Source: Basidiobolus meristosporus CBS 931.73
Lineage: Eukaryota; Fungi; Basidiobolomycota
Assembly (NCBI GenBank): GCA_002104905.1
Contig: MCFE01000044.1
Location: 124,001-188,000, forward strand
DNA: 64,000 nt
Direction of reading: 5' to 3'
The position numbers and the translations under genes were made by a program. Every line of letters begins with the position of its first letter. Position 1 is the stretch's first letter. Below, piece after piece: positions 13,364 through 26,560 of this stretch. The notes below the pieces were generated by a model. The model made no database searches, was not told the DNA's origin, and was given only the letters and a program-made list of their open reading frames with translations.

Positions 13364-14722
13364 TTATTTTTTACTGTTGCTCTTTCCTAGCTTGTCGATC
13401 TTCTCAACTGATTTAATTACGCCAAGAGCGACAGTTTGACGCATATCACGAATGGCAAAACGTCCAAGAGGAGGATATTCTGCAAAGGTCTCAACACACA
13501 ATGGCTTGGTAGGAACCATCTTGATGATAGCGGCATCACCGGTTTTGATGAATTTGGGGGAATCTTCTATCTTCTTGCCTGTACGACGATCCAACTTCTC
13601 GAGAAGCTCTTGGAATCTGCAAGCAACATGGGCCGTATGACAGTCCACAATAGGTGAATATCCTGCACTAATCTCACCAGGATGATTAAGCACGATGACT
13701 TGTGCGTTGAAAGAAACCGTTTCTTTGGCAGGATCGTTGGAAGAATCAGAACAAACTTGTCCACGTCCAATACCCCGGGTGGAGACATCAGCAAGGTTGA
13801 AGCCAACAATGTCACCGGGCTTGCCCTCGGTAAGCTGTTCATTGTGCATTTCAACCGACTTGACGTCGGAGGTAATATTGGAAGGGGCGAATGTGACATT
13901 CATTCCAGGCTTAATCACACCAGTCTCTACGCGGCCAACAGGGACAGCACCAATACCCCCGATTTTATAGACATCTTGTAGTGGAAGTCGAAGTGGCTTA
14001 TCTTCAGGTCGGGCTGGAGGTTCAACAGAATCAATAGCATCCAAAAGAGTCAATCCATTACTAACACCGGCTTTGGTTTCTCTTTGCCAACCCTTATACC
14101 AAGACATATTTTCAGAGGGCTCAGTAATGTTGTCTCCATAGTAGCCCGAGATGGGAATGAATGGAACAGATTTGGGGTTGTAGCCAACTTTCTTTAGCAA
14201 CGTACTAAGTTCCTCAACGATCTTAGTGTAGCGAGCCTCGGACCAATTCTCCTGGTCCATCTTATTGCAAGCAACTATCAACTGCTTAACTCCCAGGGTA
14301 AAAGCTAGTAAAGCATGTTCACGAGTTTGTCCATCTTTGGAAATGCCTTTCTCAAACTCTCCAGTAGTAGAGTCTACAACGAGAACTGCGCAATCGGCTT
14401 GGGAGGTACCTGTTAGCATGTTTTTAATGAAATCCCGATGTCCAGGGGCATCGATCACCGAAATCTTGTGCTTCTCAGTCTCGAAATTTCCGAGACCAAT
14501 ATCAATAGTGATTCCACGTTCACGTTCAGACTTTAATTTGTCAAGGACCCAAGCGTATTTGAAGGAGCTTTTGCCTACTTCGGCAGCTTCCTTCTCATAT
14601 TTTTGGAGAGTTTCCGTATCAACACCACCACACTTGTAGATGAGATGGCCAGTGGTGGTAGATTTTCCTGAATCGACGTGGCCAATTATGACAACATTAA
14701 CATGGCTTTGCTCTTTTCCCAT
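13364..14722 (-). CDS. TEF1: Elongation factor 1-alpha, divergent intronless paralog
   Basis: [17 protein letters not shown] and NKMD GTPase motifs; opisthokont insertion ([13 protein letters not shown]); many substitutions in normally invariant positions. Confidence 0.93.
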   Translation of the reverse strand: MGKEQSHVNVVIIGHVDSGKSTTTGHLIYKCGGVDTETLQKYEKEAAEVGKSSFKYAWVLDKLKSERERGITIDIGLGNFETEKHKISVIDAPGHRDFIKNMLTGTSQADCAVLVVDSTTGEFEKGISKDGQTREHALLAFTLGVKQLIVACNKMDQENWSEARYTKIVEELSTLLKKVGYNPKSVPFIPISGYYGDNITEPSENMSWYKGWQRETKAGVSNGLTLLDAIDSVEPPARPEDKPLRLPLQDVYKIGGIGAVPVGRVETGVIKPGMNVTFAPSNITSDVKSVEMHNEQLTEGKPGDIVGFNLADVSTRGIGRGQVCSDSSNDPAKETVSFNAQVIVLNHPGEISAGYSPIVDCHTAHVACRFQELLEKLDRRTGKKIEDSPKFIKTGDAAIIKMVPTKPLCVETFAEYPPLGRFAIRDMRQTVALGVIKSVEKIDKLGKSNSKK

Positions 14723-15349
14723 TTTGTTTTAACGAAGACAATTAGCTAAGCTTGACTTATCCTCTATTATAAAAGTAAAAGCAGTATGTAAGTTAAGAGG
14801 TGGAAAGATACCAAGATGATGCCACCATAGGAGCCCCAACATACCTATGCCTTCAGGGAACTAGAAATATTATATAGACGTCAGTGAAATACACAGAACA
14901 CTCACCTTTCATAACTATTGAAAAAAATACCTGAAAAAAATGCGCACTGCGCTGCACTATTTTTGATCGTCCAGTATCTACCAAACCCAACAATCATGCA
15001 CAATATCCATGGACTCAAGGTCCCCAAATTCCGATCGGCTCCGACCAAGACTGTTATTGATAGTTATGTTGGTGTCAAATAAAATTCATGGTAATCTGTA
15101 TTCATATACTCAAAATTGGGTTTTGGTATATGATTGCTGAGATAATTCCTATGTTGATTAGCAGGATCCTTTCTGTGTGCAAACTTGTGCTATCTTTTGT
15201 CCTTTCGCAGGACAGGCTATTGTTCTATTTTGACAGAGTTGATAGGATTCTTCATGTAATTAGATTTCGACCATATTGAGAACCTATTATAAGATAATAC
15301 CCTTACTGCCGCTGACATTCTCTACTCGGTCATCAGTAAAACTTTAACC

Positions 15350-17484
15350 ATGTTTGCTGGATCTGGCCACTTTCGTAAGCACCCTTGTCCTTACATTCCC
15401 AACTGCCCTAGAAATGAATACTGCGTATTCTCACATGTCCTGCCGCCTTCTAGACCACGAAAAAGTAAGTCGATATCTAAGCTAGATATCGTTGTCTTGA
15501 TATGTCTAGCTAACCTGTGCTTATTTTCTAGTTCAAAAGATTTCTCCGCCTGTTGCTCAAAACCCCAAGCCAAAAATTGCGAAGGCGTCGACTGAAACGA
15601 GTTTAGCGAAACAAATCCCAGGCTCCGACATAGCCAAGAGACCAAAGCCTAACTCTAGCCTAGCTACAGTGGCTTCGAAACCAGATAACAAGCCTACAAG
15701 AGGTATAGAGACTCTATATGCTTACTCTATGGTGTTTATATGTCGTGTCTAATTTCGATAACTATAGAAAAACCATCAGTCATATTGGTATCTAATATCG
15801 ATGTTCGAAATGTTGCGGTCAAGGAGCCTTCTAAGGTACCGCATTCTCTATTCATACAATACAAAAACTACGATTAACATCATACATACGCATTCAGCAT
15901 TCCCCAATCTTACCCGAGATTCATCTTACTTCTGGATCTGGTAAGCGTACTGCTCATGCTTCCGAGGTAACGTTAATCCAATTTCAGTATCTTGGAGGTA
16001 TGCATAACCGGCGGTTTATGAATTACATAGACTCCTCAAACTACGGGCCCACCTGTTCTTCCTATGGATCCTAGGTCACACACAAATCGCACAATGAGAC
16101 AATCAACAATGACCAAGTTTTACGAGCAATTTCAAAGAATCTACGCTCCCATCCAAAGTACACATCCCGGTTTACCCTCGGAGCATGCTCTACGCCAAGA
16201 GGCAGCTGTACATAGTAAATCTAACAAAGGATCTTATCGTAATGTCGCAGTTAACGTTTTGATGAGGTTGAAGAAGCGACCTGAAGCAACATCCAGCGAG
16301 GATGTAGGTATTGACGGTGAATGGGAACCACCAAAAGAATCCGTACCCGTTAAGTATGAAGACGCATTGCAATATATCCTCAGCGAGGAACAACTCGAAA
16401 GCATGGGCTATCCGGTACGGATTCCTGTGGCTGCTCCCGACTTGCAGACGGAGGAAGAAGAGAATAAGAAACAATGTGAAAGATGTAAAGCTACGTTCAC
16501 AATCAAGGAGACCCTTGAGCCGGCAGATATGTCCGCCTGCACCTATCACTTTGGTCGTTTACGCGTGAAGATGTCAAACGGTAATCGTCCCTGTACTTAT
16601 TTTCATTCCATAGAAGCGTCTAATGCGTGATATTAGGTGAAAAATTGAGAATTTACACATGTTGTAACGAAACACATGGGCATACAGGGTGTGTTCGTGG
16701 GCCACACGTCTTCAAGGATGACGATCTGGGTGTTTTACACAAGAAGATTCCATTTGTCGAAACTCCCGAAAAAAGCGGAGAGAGCAATGATTATCGCGAT
16801 ATTGTTGCCCTGGATTGTGAAATGGTGATTAGGGCAATCATTTGTACCATCTGTTTTTATACACACTAACCATCTGAGTACTCAGTGCTATACGACCGGT
16901 GGGTTTGAACTTACGAGATTGACAGTGATTGATGCACAGCTGAAAAGTGTCCTTGATGAATTGGTTATTCCGTACCATTCGATCATTGACTTGAACACCA
17001 GATTTAGGTAGGAGCCTTGTGGTACATTCCCTCTCCTGAGCAACCGTGCTTATATCTAATCCCAAATAGTGGAATCCATGACCTGTCCACTGCTAAATAC
17101 GATTTCGAGCAAATACGCAGCCGCCTGTTTCGTTATCTTCACAAAGATACCATCGTTGTTGGCCAAAGTTTAGAAAACGATTTTAAAGTGATGCGTATCA
17201 TACATAATAAGGTCGTCGATACGGCAGCTGTAAGTATTGCTCTGGTTTGTGGTGAGCCCACTCGTGCATGAGCTAACAAAATTTTGATATGGTAGCTGTT
17301 TCCGCATCCCAATGGTCTCCCGTATCGTTATTCACTAAAGCACCTCAGTGCCAAGTATATGAAGGTCTTTATTCAGGACAGTGAAGATGGACATGACTCT
17401 TATGAGGATTCCAAAGCATGTATGGACCTGCTTGCTTTGAAAATTCAAAAGGGGCCAAAGTTCGGGGTTGCTGGAAATGAGTAA
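15350..17484 (+). CDS. REX3: RNA exonuclease REX3/REXO1 (DEDDh), multi-exon
   Basis: N-terminal CP..PNC.R.YCVFSH finger; C.YHFGRL..YTCC..GC..GPHVFK; IVALDCEM; VGQSLENDFKVMRIIH.KVVDTA; GHDSYEDSKAC. Confidence 0.9.
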
Positions 17485-17871
17485 GCTTGATACCTACTAG
17501 TCCATCACACTACTCTATGCTTCTCTGTGAAATAGTCGCATTATAAGCATACTGGCGATGTTGGTCAGAAAAGAAAGTATCGGGTAAAGTGGAATCACTT
17601 TCCCTGGCGACTGAATCCTGGGAACTCGTATCCTATTGTACACCTGGCTCCCAACAACAATAGATAAACCTACTGATTTATAAATTTTGATTGCTTTTGT
17701 TACCATGAAATTACTTGAAAATTGGACGTTGCTTCAAGCCTAAATAATCCAAATATAGCAGGGAAATCGTCAAAATGGCATATTTTAATTCCCCATGTAA
17801 TTAATTCAGTAAGAAATAACCACAGCACAAGAGCCTGAAGTTGTCTTGCGAGTGCAAAAACCAGTGCACAA

Positions 17872-20186
17872 ATGTCGGTTGGATCTTTGGTGACCAGTTA
17901 CAATATATTTCACACTCCCGCCTCCGGTTGTGCCCATCTCGAATTGTGTAAAAATGAAGTGCTCGAAGCCTATAGAATTTTGGTTAGATATGTTTACCGA
18001 AGCCGCTATCGTGAAGCACTTTCTTTAGCTGAGACCGGGAAAAAGCTCCACCTAGAGGTACACTTGATAGCAGTGAATACCCCCGATAACCGACGTCTAG
18101 TCAATATTAACTTCTGCAACCACTCGTTTTCGTTAGCTGCCTGTTCCAATGTGTACAGATTGCCATTTCACGACGGGGCGCGTTCATGGTTGTCTGCATT
18201 GCTCGTATCTTGGTTGTTGGAATAGAAGTCATCTGCAAGTTCATTTGATTGACAAAGATCATATTTTCGGTATTTATCACAGTAAATGGGGAGCTTCCAA
18301 GGGCCGAGAGAATAACATAAGCTGTAGCTATGGATCTAAATAGGTTCACAGTATATTGCAACAACTGTAACGACTACATATATGACTTGGAGTTTGACCG
18401 TGTTCACGACGAAGAGAAACTCAGCGCATATAGAATAGTGGCCAAATATACAGGTATGCGCAGCGTCAAGGCTGAGTGAATACCTCCCTAGCTTTACACC
18501 TAGATACCCGCTAACATTTTTCCCAATGAAGAGCATCGAGTGGACTGCCCCAGATACACCGAATGGCGCCCAAACGAGCTCGAGATTGCAGCCTTGAGGA
18601 ATCAAGCTCAGCTGCGGAGATGTGAAGGTGGGTAGCAGAATTCCGACCCGTAGAGGCCAGTCAGAAGTAACAGTGTTTTCTTGCTAGGCTTGCGTGGTCT
18701 CCGTAATTTAGGCAGCACCTGTTTTATGAATGTTATCATCCAGGTATTCGTTCACAATCCATTGCTTCGAGCGTACTATCTGTGCGACAAACATGACGTC
18801 ACGGGATGCCCCAAGAAGCCTTGCCTTTCATGCGAGATGGACAAGTTGTTCAACGAAGTAAATAGCAACATTGGTGCTTTTGAAGCGTGACCTTGGCTAA
18901 AATTTTATCACGGTAGCTTTATTCGGGTAAGAAAGAACCGTATGGCCCGTGTACGTTTCTGCACTGCATGTGGCTTTCATCTACCGAATTGGCTGGGTAC
19001 GCCCAGCAGGATGCCCATGAGTTTTTCATATCTGCTCTGAATGAAATCCACACAAGCGCTGAAGGTAAGCGGATGCTATTTTACAGCCATAAACTAGAGA
19101 AGTATTAATGAATAGAGCGCAGGGAGTAAAAACCACGGCTGCCGCTGTATCATTCACCAAACGTTCGCCGGAATCCTTCAGTCAGATGTAACATGTCAGC
19201 GATGTGGAAATGTCACTACGGCATATGATCCAGTGCTAGATGTGTCTCTAGATGTAAAAGCCACTGCACGCAAGAAAAAATCATCGAAACGTGATGATGT
19301 CTCATATTCCTTGGTTGACTGCCTTAATAGATATACTAGCCCTGAAAAGCTAGGCCCAAGAGAATACAGTTGTAGTAAATGTGGCAACACCTTCCAAGTA
19401 AGTCATAGCTTGGTATCCAAGCCACACACTCTCTCAAACACACCTCACCCTATAGGAAGCTACGAAGCAACTCTCATTTAAAGCACTCCCGCCTGTACTA
19501 AGTATTCAGCTGAAGGTACTGCCGTGTATCACATTGCACTAGGAGCGCCATACTAACCGCCTACTCAACCCTTTCTCAGCGATTTGAACACACCTCTAGC
19601 GCTAGTAAAATTGAGAGCTTGATTCGGATCCCTTATGAATTAGACATGACACCCTTCACTCCAATGGGGCGCAATGCACGCAATGATAGACGTCTCGAGT
19701 AAGACAGCCTTTCTAACCTATCTAATCCATTGGCTAATCATCCAATTTAGACCCCCTCTTCCAAGCCTAAAGTATAAGTTGTTTGCAGTCGTGAACCACG
19801 AAGGAAAGCTCGATACCGGACATTATACCGTTGCGATACGGCATCGTGAGGAGGTACGTGTTCTCAGAAGAGAAGATTCATGCTCGTAGCGTTACTCAAG
19901 CAGCCGTTCCTTAGTGGTTCCGATTCGACGATCATATGGTAAAGCTGGCCCAACCCTCGGATATTGTCAGTAACAAAGCGTATGTGATCAATTTGTCATG
20001 CGCCATGCCGCAAATAGTAACCATTTTCGCAGGTATATGTGTTTTTACATCAAAGATGTGCTAGACTACGAGCCTCCTTATGTCGAACAAGAAGAGGCGG
20101 AGAAGGAGGAAGAGGTGGAGCTGAAGGGGTCCATTGGCTCGGCAATGGTCAACGATGAAACCGACATGGAGCTTGATTTTGTCTGA
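17872..20186 (+). CDS. UBP8: SAGA deubiquitinase Ubp8/USP22 (ZnF-UBP + USP), multi-exon
   Basis: GRVHGCLHCSYLGCW..HL; GLRGLRNLGSTCFMNVIIQ Cys box; QQDAHEFF; YKLFAVVNHEGKLDTGHY His box; WFRFDD. Confidence 0.93.
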
Positions 20187-20466
20187 AGAGGAGGCAAGCA
20201 AAGCAAGCAAGCAATCCAATGTTGTTTAGTAACGCACACTTTTAGGCACCAAGATCGACAATCAATAAAATAAACAAGGCTATTCATACCAATGGAGATT
20301 AGGGCCCCTCATCGGATTTGGGGAAGGATTTTTTTTTGATGGAGAAATCATGTATAAAATTTTTTATCGTCATCGGGGGAATTCTCTCTCTTTTAACTTC
20401 CTGTTGGATCGTATTTTTTGATCCTTCCCACTTAATTGAATTCTCAAGGAAGAGAACTAATTCGTA

Positions 20467-21148
20467 ATGAGCACATTCGAAAAGGTTAATTATCGTCAAT
20501 TAATGGATGCATTTTGTTTGTATTATGGATAGACACTCACCCTCCTCTTGCATCTAGGTTGTTGTTATCGACGGTAGAGGCCATCTTCTTGGTCGCCTTG
20601 CTTCCATCATCTCCAAGCAAATCCTCAACGGCCAAAAGGTTGTTGTTGTCCGTTGCGAGGAGTTGAACGTCACCGGTTCTTTCTTCAGAAACAAGATTAA
20701 GTACCACGCTTTCCTCCGCAAGCGTTGTGTTGTCAACCCCTCCAAGGGCCCCTATCACTTCCGTGCTCCTTCCCGTATCCTCTGGCGTACTATCCGTGGT
20801 ATGATCCCCCACAAGACTGCCCGTGGTACCGCTGCCATGGAGCGCCTCAAGCTCTTCGAGGGTGTTCCTCCTCCTTATGACACCATGAAGCGCATGGTCG
20901 TCCCTGCCGCTCTTCGTGTCCTCCGCCTCAAGCCCGGACGCAAGTACACCACCATCAGCCGTTTGAGTTCCGAGGTTGGCTGGAAGTACGAGGATGTCGT
21001 CAAGAAGCTCGAAGAGAAGCGCAAGGTCAAGTCCAAGGCCTACTACGAACGCAAGAAGGCTCTCCTCAACTTGAAGACCAAGGCTGCTGCTGCCAAGGCC
21101 GAAGAGTTGAAGAGCGTCAACGAATCCTTGGCTGCCTATGGTTATTAA
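20467..21148 (+). CDS. RPL16: 60S ribosomal protein uL13 (Rpl16/L13a), one intron
   Basis: MSTFEK|[16 protein letters not shown]; [27 protein letters not shown]; strongly biased codons. Confidence 0.97.
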
Positions 21149-21364
21149 GTTCATGGCGTTTTTCTAGCCCTTTACACTCCAACAATCCCCGTTTGAATAA
21201 AAAGATTTCGGTTTACGTTTGGAATACAAAAGCTCGGTCTGGCTTGGTTTGATTAGTATTTTATTGATATTCGAGTAGTAGAACTTGAATAGACTAGAGG
21301 ATACGCAACTAATAATATATACACAACCGAATTCAATAGAGAACCTGTGCTTAGTCTACATAAT

Positions 21365-22243
21365 CTATATGAAGTACTCGGGTTTTTTGATGTTGATTCC
21401 ATACTCAGAGAGGGCAGCGGAGAGGTCGTCCATGGTGAGCACCGTCTTCTTGTCCTGTATTGGAAAGGGTGCTCAGCGACTACTACACGAGCCTTTCGTG
21501 AAAATAGGAATAGTACGTACTTTGGCGCCTAGCTTCTTCGCAGTATTTCCTTGCTGTACGAATTTTACAATACTGAAATGCGTCCGTGGCTATATCTGCG
21601 ATGAACTTCTGAGCGGCAAGTGCGAGTAAACGCTTACTACAATAAAACCAAGGCTCAGCTGCGTGCTGTCAAGTCATAATTAACCTGACTCGTATCTTAC
21701 ACTCGGATGTCGTCGCAGTCAAAGCCTGTTCTACCAAGGTAGTAATCTGTAACGGCATCAGGGATCTGGGTGAGAGAAGCGAGGTTAGAAAGTTTGCCGG
21801 ACTGCCTTCTCGGATTCGCGTGGTGTAGACAACTATCACGATGTAGGTATACTCACAATGGGCGTGTAGTGATCCATAAGTAACAAAAATTCTGCCAGGG
21901 TTTTGTTTTTTCTAAGCATTTCTTCATCCTTACGGGTCAACGGGGCATCGGGCTTTTCCTCCACGTTATCTTCATTTTTACTGGTTTCTTCTTGATCCTC
22001 ATCTTCCGCATTCTCCGTGTTCATCGGTTCTGCCTTAGTAGCTTCTTTTTCCTTCTCTTTTTCTTTCTCTTGAGTACTGATGGGTGTGGAGCGATCAGTT
22101 GCTGAATCAATATCCATAGCCACCGTCTCCTTCTCTTCTCCGGAGGCTACTTCCGAGTTTGAAGCCGAGTTCTCTTGCTGGAGCAGTTCGTTAGAGGAGA
22201 TTTCAGCATCGTTTTGTTTTAGAGCGGGTGAATTGGTATCCAT
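21365..22243 (-). CDS. TAF10: TFIID/SAGA subunit Taf10
   Basis: Acidic N-terminus, then TLAEFLLLMDHYTPI-IPDAVTDYYL..GFDCDD.RVKRLLALAAQKFIADIATDAFQY and VLTMDDLSAALSEYGINIKKPEYF. Confidence 0.92.
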
Positions 22244-22354
22244 ATTGACTATTCTAACCACTTTCGAGTCCTCAAGAAATAGCTAGTAGCAGTATGAGCA
22301 GATTTGTATATTTTCAGCATCCATGTAATAGCCTTTCAAAAGTTGATTCCTCAA

Positions 22355-22362
22355 TCACGTGA
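22355..22362. promoter_or_regulatory. TCACGTGA bHLH E-box in the TAF10/ATG5 divergent promoter
   Basis: Palindrome lies in the ~280-bp gap between two head-to-head start codons. Similar motifs at 10447, 36561 and 40352. Confidence 0.35.
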
Positions 22363-22522
22363 TATAGATTCATGTATTCTTGGCCACCATTTATGACCAA
22401 CTAATCTATTCTTAATTCCGCTTTCAGGATTACAAGTCAGCATCATACAATACAACGTACGCCTAATATTGCCTTCGCCAAACCTTGCCTATAAAGTCAG
22501 CAAAAGATAGATCAAGGGATTA

Positions 22523-23726
22523 ATGAATGCGAACCAAGCTAGTTCCGAATTCACACATATCAACAATTCTTTCGTAAAACTAGTATGGGAAGGTGAAATC
22601 CCGATAGAATTTACTCTGGACCCTACCGATGCCGCTGCACTGAATACGCCTGTCCCTGAGCCACACTACGTTAGTACTCTCCAATATGGAGAACGCGTTC
22701 GAAGCCTGGCATTTCCCCTAACACTATCTTGCTTTGCAGGCACTGATTCGCCGCTGCTCTTATTTTCCACTAGTCACCGCAACAATTATCCGTCAACTTC
22801 TCGCACCCATAAGCGCCTTTGATGGCAAGGAAACTGACATTTGGTATTCTTGCAATAGAGTACCGTTGAAATGGTAATCACACACAACCTCCTATTTCAT
22901 CTAATACTTTGCTTACTGTGGAGTTCAGGAATTATCCAATTGGCCTACTCTACGACCTGGCCACAGCAACGTCCAACTTCAGCTCCGGTGCTCACGACGG
23001 TTCATTACCCTGGAAAGTGACAGTACACTGTAAAGAATACCCAGGAGACAAACTTATCCGTTCGCCTTCCTCAAATATGGCCAGGGACTATTTCATGTCG
23101 ATTATGAAAGAGGTATGGGACGGACAAGCGAACTGCAGACAGTCTACCAAGTGTATGCTAAACGTCTATATCCATCAGGCAGACTATCTCCGAAACGGCT
23201 CGACCAAGAAAGTGATGAATTTATCTAAACAAGATCAACTACAGCTGTGGGACAGCATAGTTGCAGGTATATCTTTGGATAATCTCAATCACAGCAGCGA
23301 CCAGGTCCTCACGCTCATTCATAGATAGCTTCGAGAATTTCTGGCTAGTCAATACGCAGCTGATCACCAATGATAACCAGCCCCCCAAACACGTTCCACT
23401 AAGGATATATTTACCCGCGGATTGCCCCATCTTGCAAGAGCCCATTACAGTATACAAAGACAGCGGTACGCATAGATTTGGATCTGCATTGGACTTCAAC
23501 CGTCCATTACTGATGGCACTATAACATTTTAGGTGAGGAATACACCATCGGCGAGATATTTATGCTTCTTCTTCCTGACCTATTTGACGGCCCGTCTCTG
23601 CCTAAGGCAAGTGCTGTGATACACGGGATCTCTCTCTCCCTAGATACTCCGTTACCTTGGCTCTATCAAAACTTGTCGTTTCCTGATAATTTTCTTCACA
23701 TTGTCATTACTCTCAATAATACTTAA
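22523..23726 (+). CDS. ATG5: Autophagy protein Atg5
   Basis: VWEGEIPI; RCSYFPL; PLKW-NYPIGLLYDL; LPWKVTVH; MKEADYLRNGSTKKVMNLSKQDQLQLWDSI; HVPLRIY; HGISL.LDTPL.WLYQNLSFPDNFLHI. Confidence 0.93.
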
Positions 23727-24019
23727 CCCCGCATTTCATCCATGCATAGTAGTACACTTGATTGGCCTACGAGGTGACCAATCGCAACTCGTAGTATTTT
23801 GTATATACGAGACACAAATCTTTAATAAATACTGAAACTTTCGCCTACATTTGATCAGTTACGATCGAGTTGGTTTGTTTTGAAATCAACGTCGCAGATA
23901 AACAATACACGAAGTTGGCGTTTGAATTCATCTCGTTAGCTTTTGTATTGTTTTTCTTATTCATCTTACCACCCCCATCCACACCTAACGAAGACACGTG
24001 AAACTTCAGCACAACGAAC

Positions 24020-24941
24020 ATGGCGGACGAAATTAAGCAACAGGAAGGTCCTAGAATGACCAAACTCCGCGTTTTGCTTGAGAAAGCACTTTCCAAAACA
24101 CTGAAAAATTGCAGGTAAGCGCGTAATGGAGCCATCTCTACCTCCATCTGTAGTCACTAATACCACACAGTTACGACAAGGTTGCGCAGTGTTTCTCTCA
24201 ACTAGCACAAGACTCGCCAGAAGCCCTGCAAAGTGCAGTGGATCAAGTGGTAGATTTCTTAAAAACAAGAATCAACGTAAAAAACGCTACTTCACTCTTC
24301 TCACGTATATATCCTCGCGTACTGAACCACGATGCATTGTATAGGAGGAGTTTGAAACAATCGTTGAGAAACGTGACTTGATCAACAAGTTGAACTCGTT
24401 GGACGAGCTTATTGCCTCTGCCAAAAAGATGAATCAAAAGGAGGCTGTGTCCTTGCAAAGGTAATATCTTCATCGACATACCTGGCGGAAGCAATATTAA
24501 AAATGCTTTCGATTAGACCTGCACCTGAAATAGCTATACTTTCAAAAACGGTGGTTTCAAAAAGGGAGGAGATGGAGCGTCTCAAGGCCCAACTTCTCGA
24601 GGTACGCTTTCTTTTTTTGGCATGATCTGGTTTCCTTTCCAACTTTTCAAACTTTAAAACTCTGTCTAGGTTCAACAAGAAAACAGCGGATTAATGGAGG
24701 ATTTGAAGGCAAAGAACAAGGCTATGGAGTCCAACAAGAAGGAGGTCATGGGTATGCTACAGGAAATTGATCAGGTACGGTAGCCTCGATGAAAGATCAG
24801 CGATTATTGTTCAACAACTCTAATGTGCGCACTTTTTCTTTGCTTTAGGCCATGAGTCTTGCATCCAACGTCCAGCCTCAGACCCTAAGCAACATGGTCG
24901 ATGACTTGATGGTGGAAACGAATCCCAACCTTGTTGTATAG
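24020..24941 (+). CDS. NNF1: MIND kinetochore subunit Nnf1/PMF1
   Basis: GPRMTKLRVLLEKAL; CFSQLA; EEFETIVEKRDLINKLNSLDELIASAK; C-terminal coiled coil. Confidence 0.75.
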
Positions 24942-25425
24942 TGCGAGAAAAACATGGAGGTGTCGGGATTTCGATGATCCAATCATATCTTTAATTGCTT
25001 CGCCTTAATATAGTTTACAGCACTGAGTCTCAGAGTGAACTCGGGTTAACATCTCTCCTGTAGTCTTTTAGTAAATACTTTTCTTCAACTGCCCCTAGTA
25101 AATAAATCACAAGATTCTAGCAAATTTTCCATTTCGAGAGGCCGTTCTCCATAGTGACCAAGAAATTCACAGCTTGTTGCATTGTGTAACATTGCTGATG
25201 GTTAGAGCGAGTTTCTTATTACCAACGTCATTACTGCTTTTTCAAAAAAATCTTGATTTTCTCACGAGGCGGCTTCTAAATGGCCAGCCACCTGGAAATT
25301 GGATCACGATGATTAGCCTGGGAGCATGACATGGTTGTTGGGATAGGGGCCGTTGCCTTATAAGATTATGCAATGCTTCGGTTCCCACTGGAGTTTCTTT
25401 CGTTCTCTATTGTAGCTATCTCAAT

Positions 25426-26379
25426 ATGTCTGCCGCTTCTAATGTCATTATCTATGGTGGCTCTGGCGCACTAGGATCCTCAGTAGTCAAATTCTTCAAG
25501 AAAATGAATTGGGTATTTGGCTATTCTTCCGTGGGTGGCACTTCTGTCGGCTAAAATTTTGATACGCAGTCTGTCATTTCTATCGACCTGGTTCCTAGTG
25601 AAAGTGCCGATAAGAACGTTACTCTATCCCCAAGCGATTCTTTTGAAGAGCAAGGTTTTAAAGCACTAAGCGAAGTCGAGAAGCAGCTCGCTGGCAACAA
25701 AGCTGATGCGGTTCTCTGCGTGGCCGGTGGCTGGGCAGGCGGGAACGCCTCTAGCAAAGGTAAACCGACCAAAGAGTTCAGCTTGAATTGCAGTCACAGT
25801 CTTAACAAAGCAACCCACTCCAGATCTCTTCGCCAATTCCGAACTCATGTGGAAGCAAAGTGTACAGACCTCTCTGATTGCCGCACATATCGCTTCCCAA
25901 CACTTAAAAGAGTAAGTAACGTCTTGACGGGTGAATTGGACATGCGCGAATTAAACAAATGTCCATGATACGTAGAGGTGGCTTTGTTTCCTTGACCGGT
26001 GCCTATCCTGCACAAAAAGGAACACCAGGTATGATTGGTTACGGATTGGCCAAGGCCGCCGTTCACCAGTTGGTACAAAGTCTGGCTGAAAAGGCCAGCG
26101 GTCTACCAAAGGATTCCAAAGTCAATGCAATCCTACCGTAAGTGCAAGCGAGTCATTTGATTGCATTTCTCTCCCAGTTCCTAACGTGGCATCTACAGAA
26201 TCACCCTTGACACACCAATGAACCGCAAATTCATGGGTGATGGTGCTGACCTCTCATCATGGACACCGTTGGACGCGGTTGCCGAGAAGTTGTTTGAATG
26301 GGCCACCAAGCCAGAAACCGTCGAGAGTGGAAAGCTGGTGGAGATCATCACAAGCGAAGGCAAAACAGTGTTCCACTAA
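25426..26379 (+). CDS. QDPR: Dihydropteridine reductase (QDPR/DHPR)
   Basis: VIIYGGSGALG; DAVLCVAGGWAGG; MWKQSV; LTGA.PA..GTPGMIGYGLAKAAVHQL; ILPITLDTPMNRKFM..AD.SSWTPL. Confidence 0.93.
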
Positions 26380-26560
26380 GCCAGCTTAGTAGCCAACTGA
26401 AAACACCACTTAATAAAGAATACTGCTTATAGCTCCTTTAATGAAATACCACCAGATTAAGGATATAACAACTACAAAATGGAATCGTTTCTATGGATTG
26501 AAGTGTGCGGAGGATAGAATATATATATGGAACAGCCATGCAACGTTGCACCTCTAAGAT

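Noticed and set aside
13364-14722. EF-1alpha copy as EFL or as a pseudogene
   Set aside because: It lacks EFL-type insertions, keeps the EF-1alpha opisthokont insertion, and has an intact 452-aa frame with all GTPase motifs.
20537-21154. 205-aa minus-strand ORF
   Set aside because: Exact antisense of the codon-biased RPL16; a typical shadow ORF.
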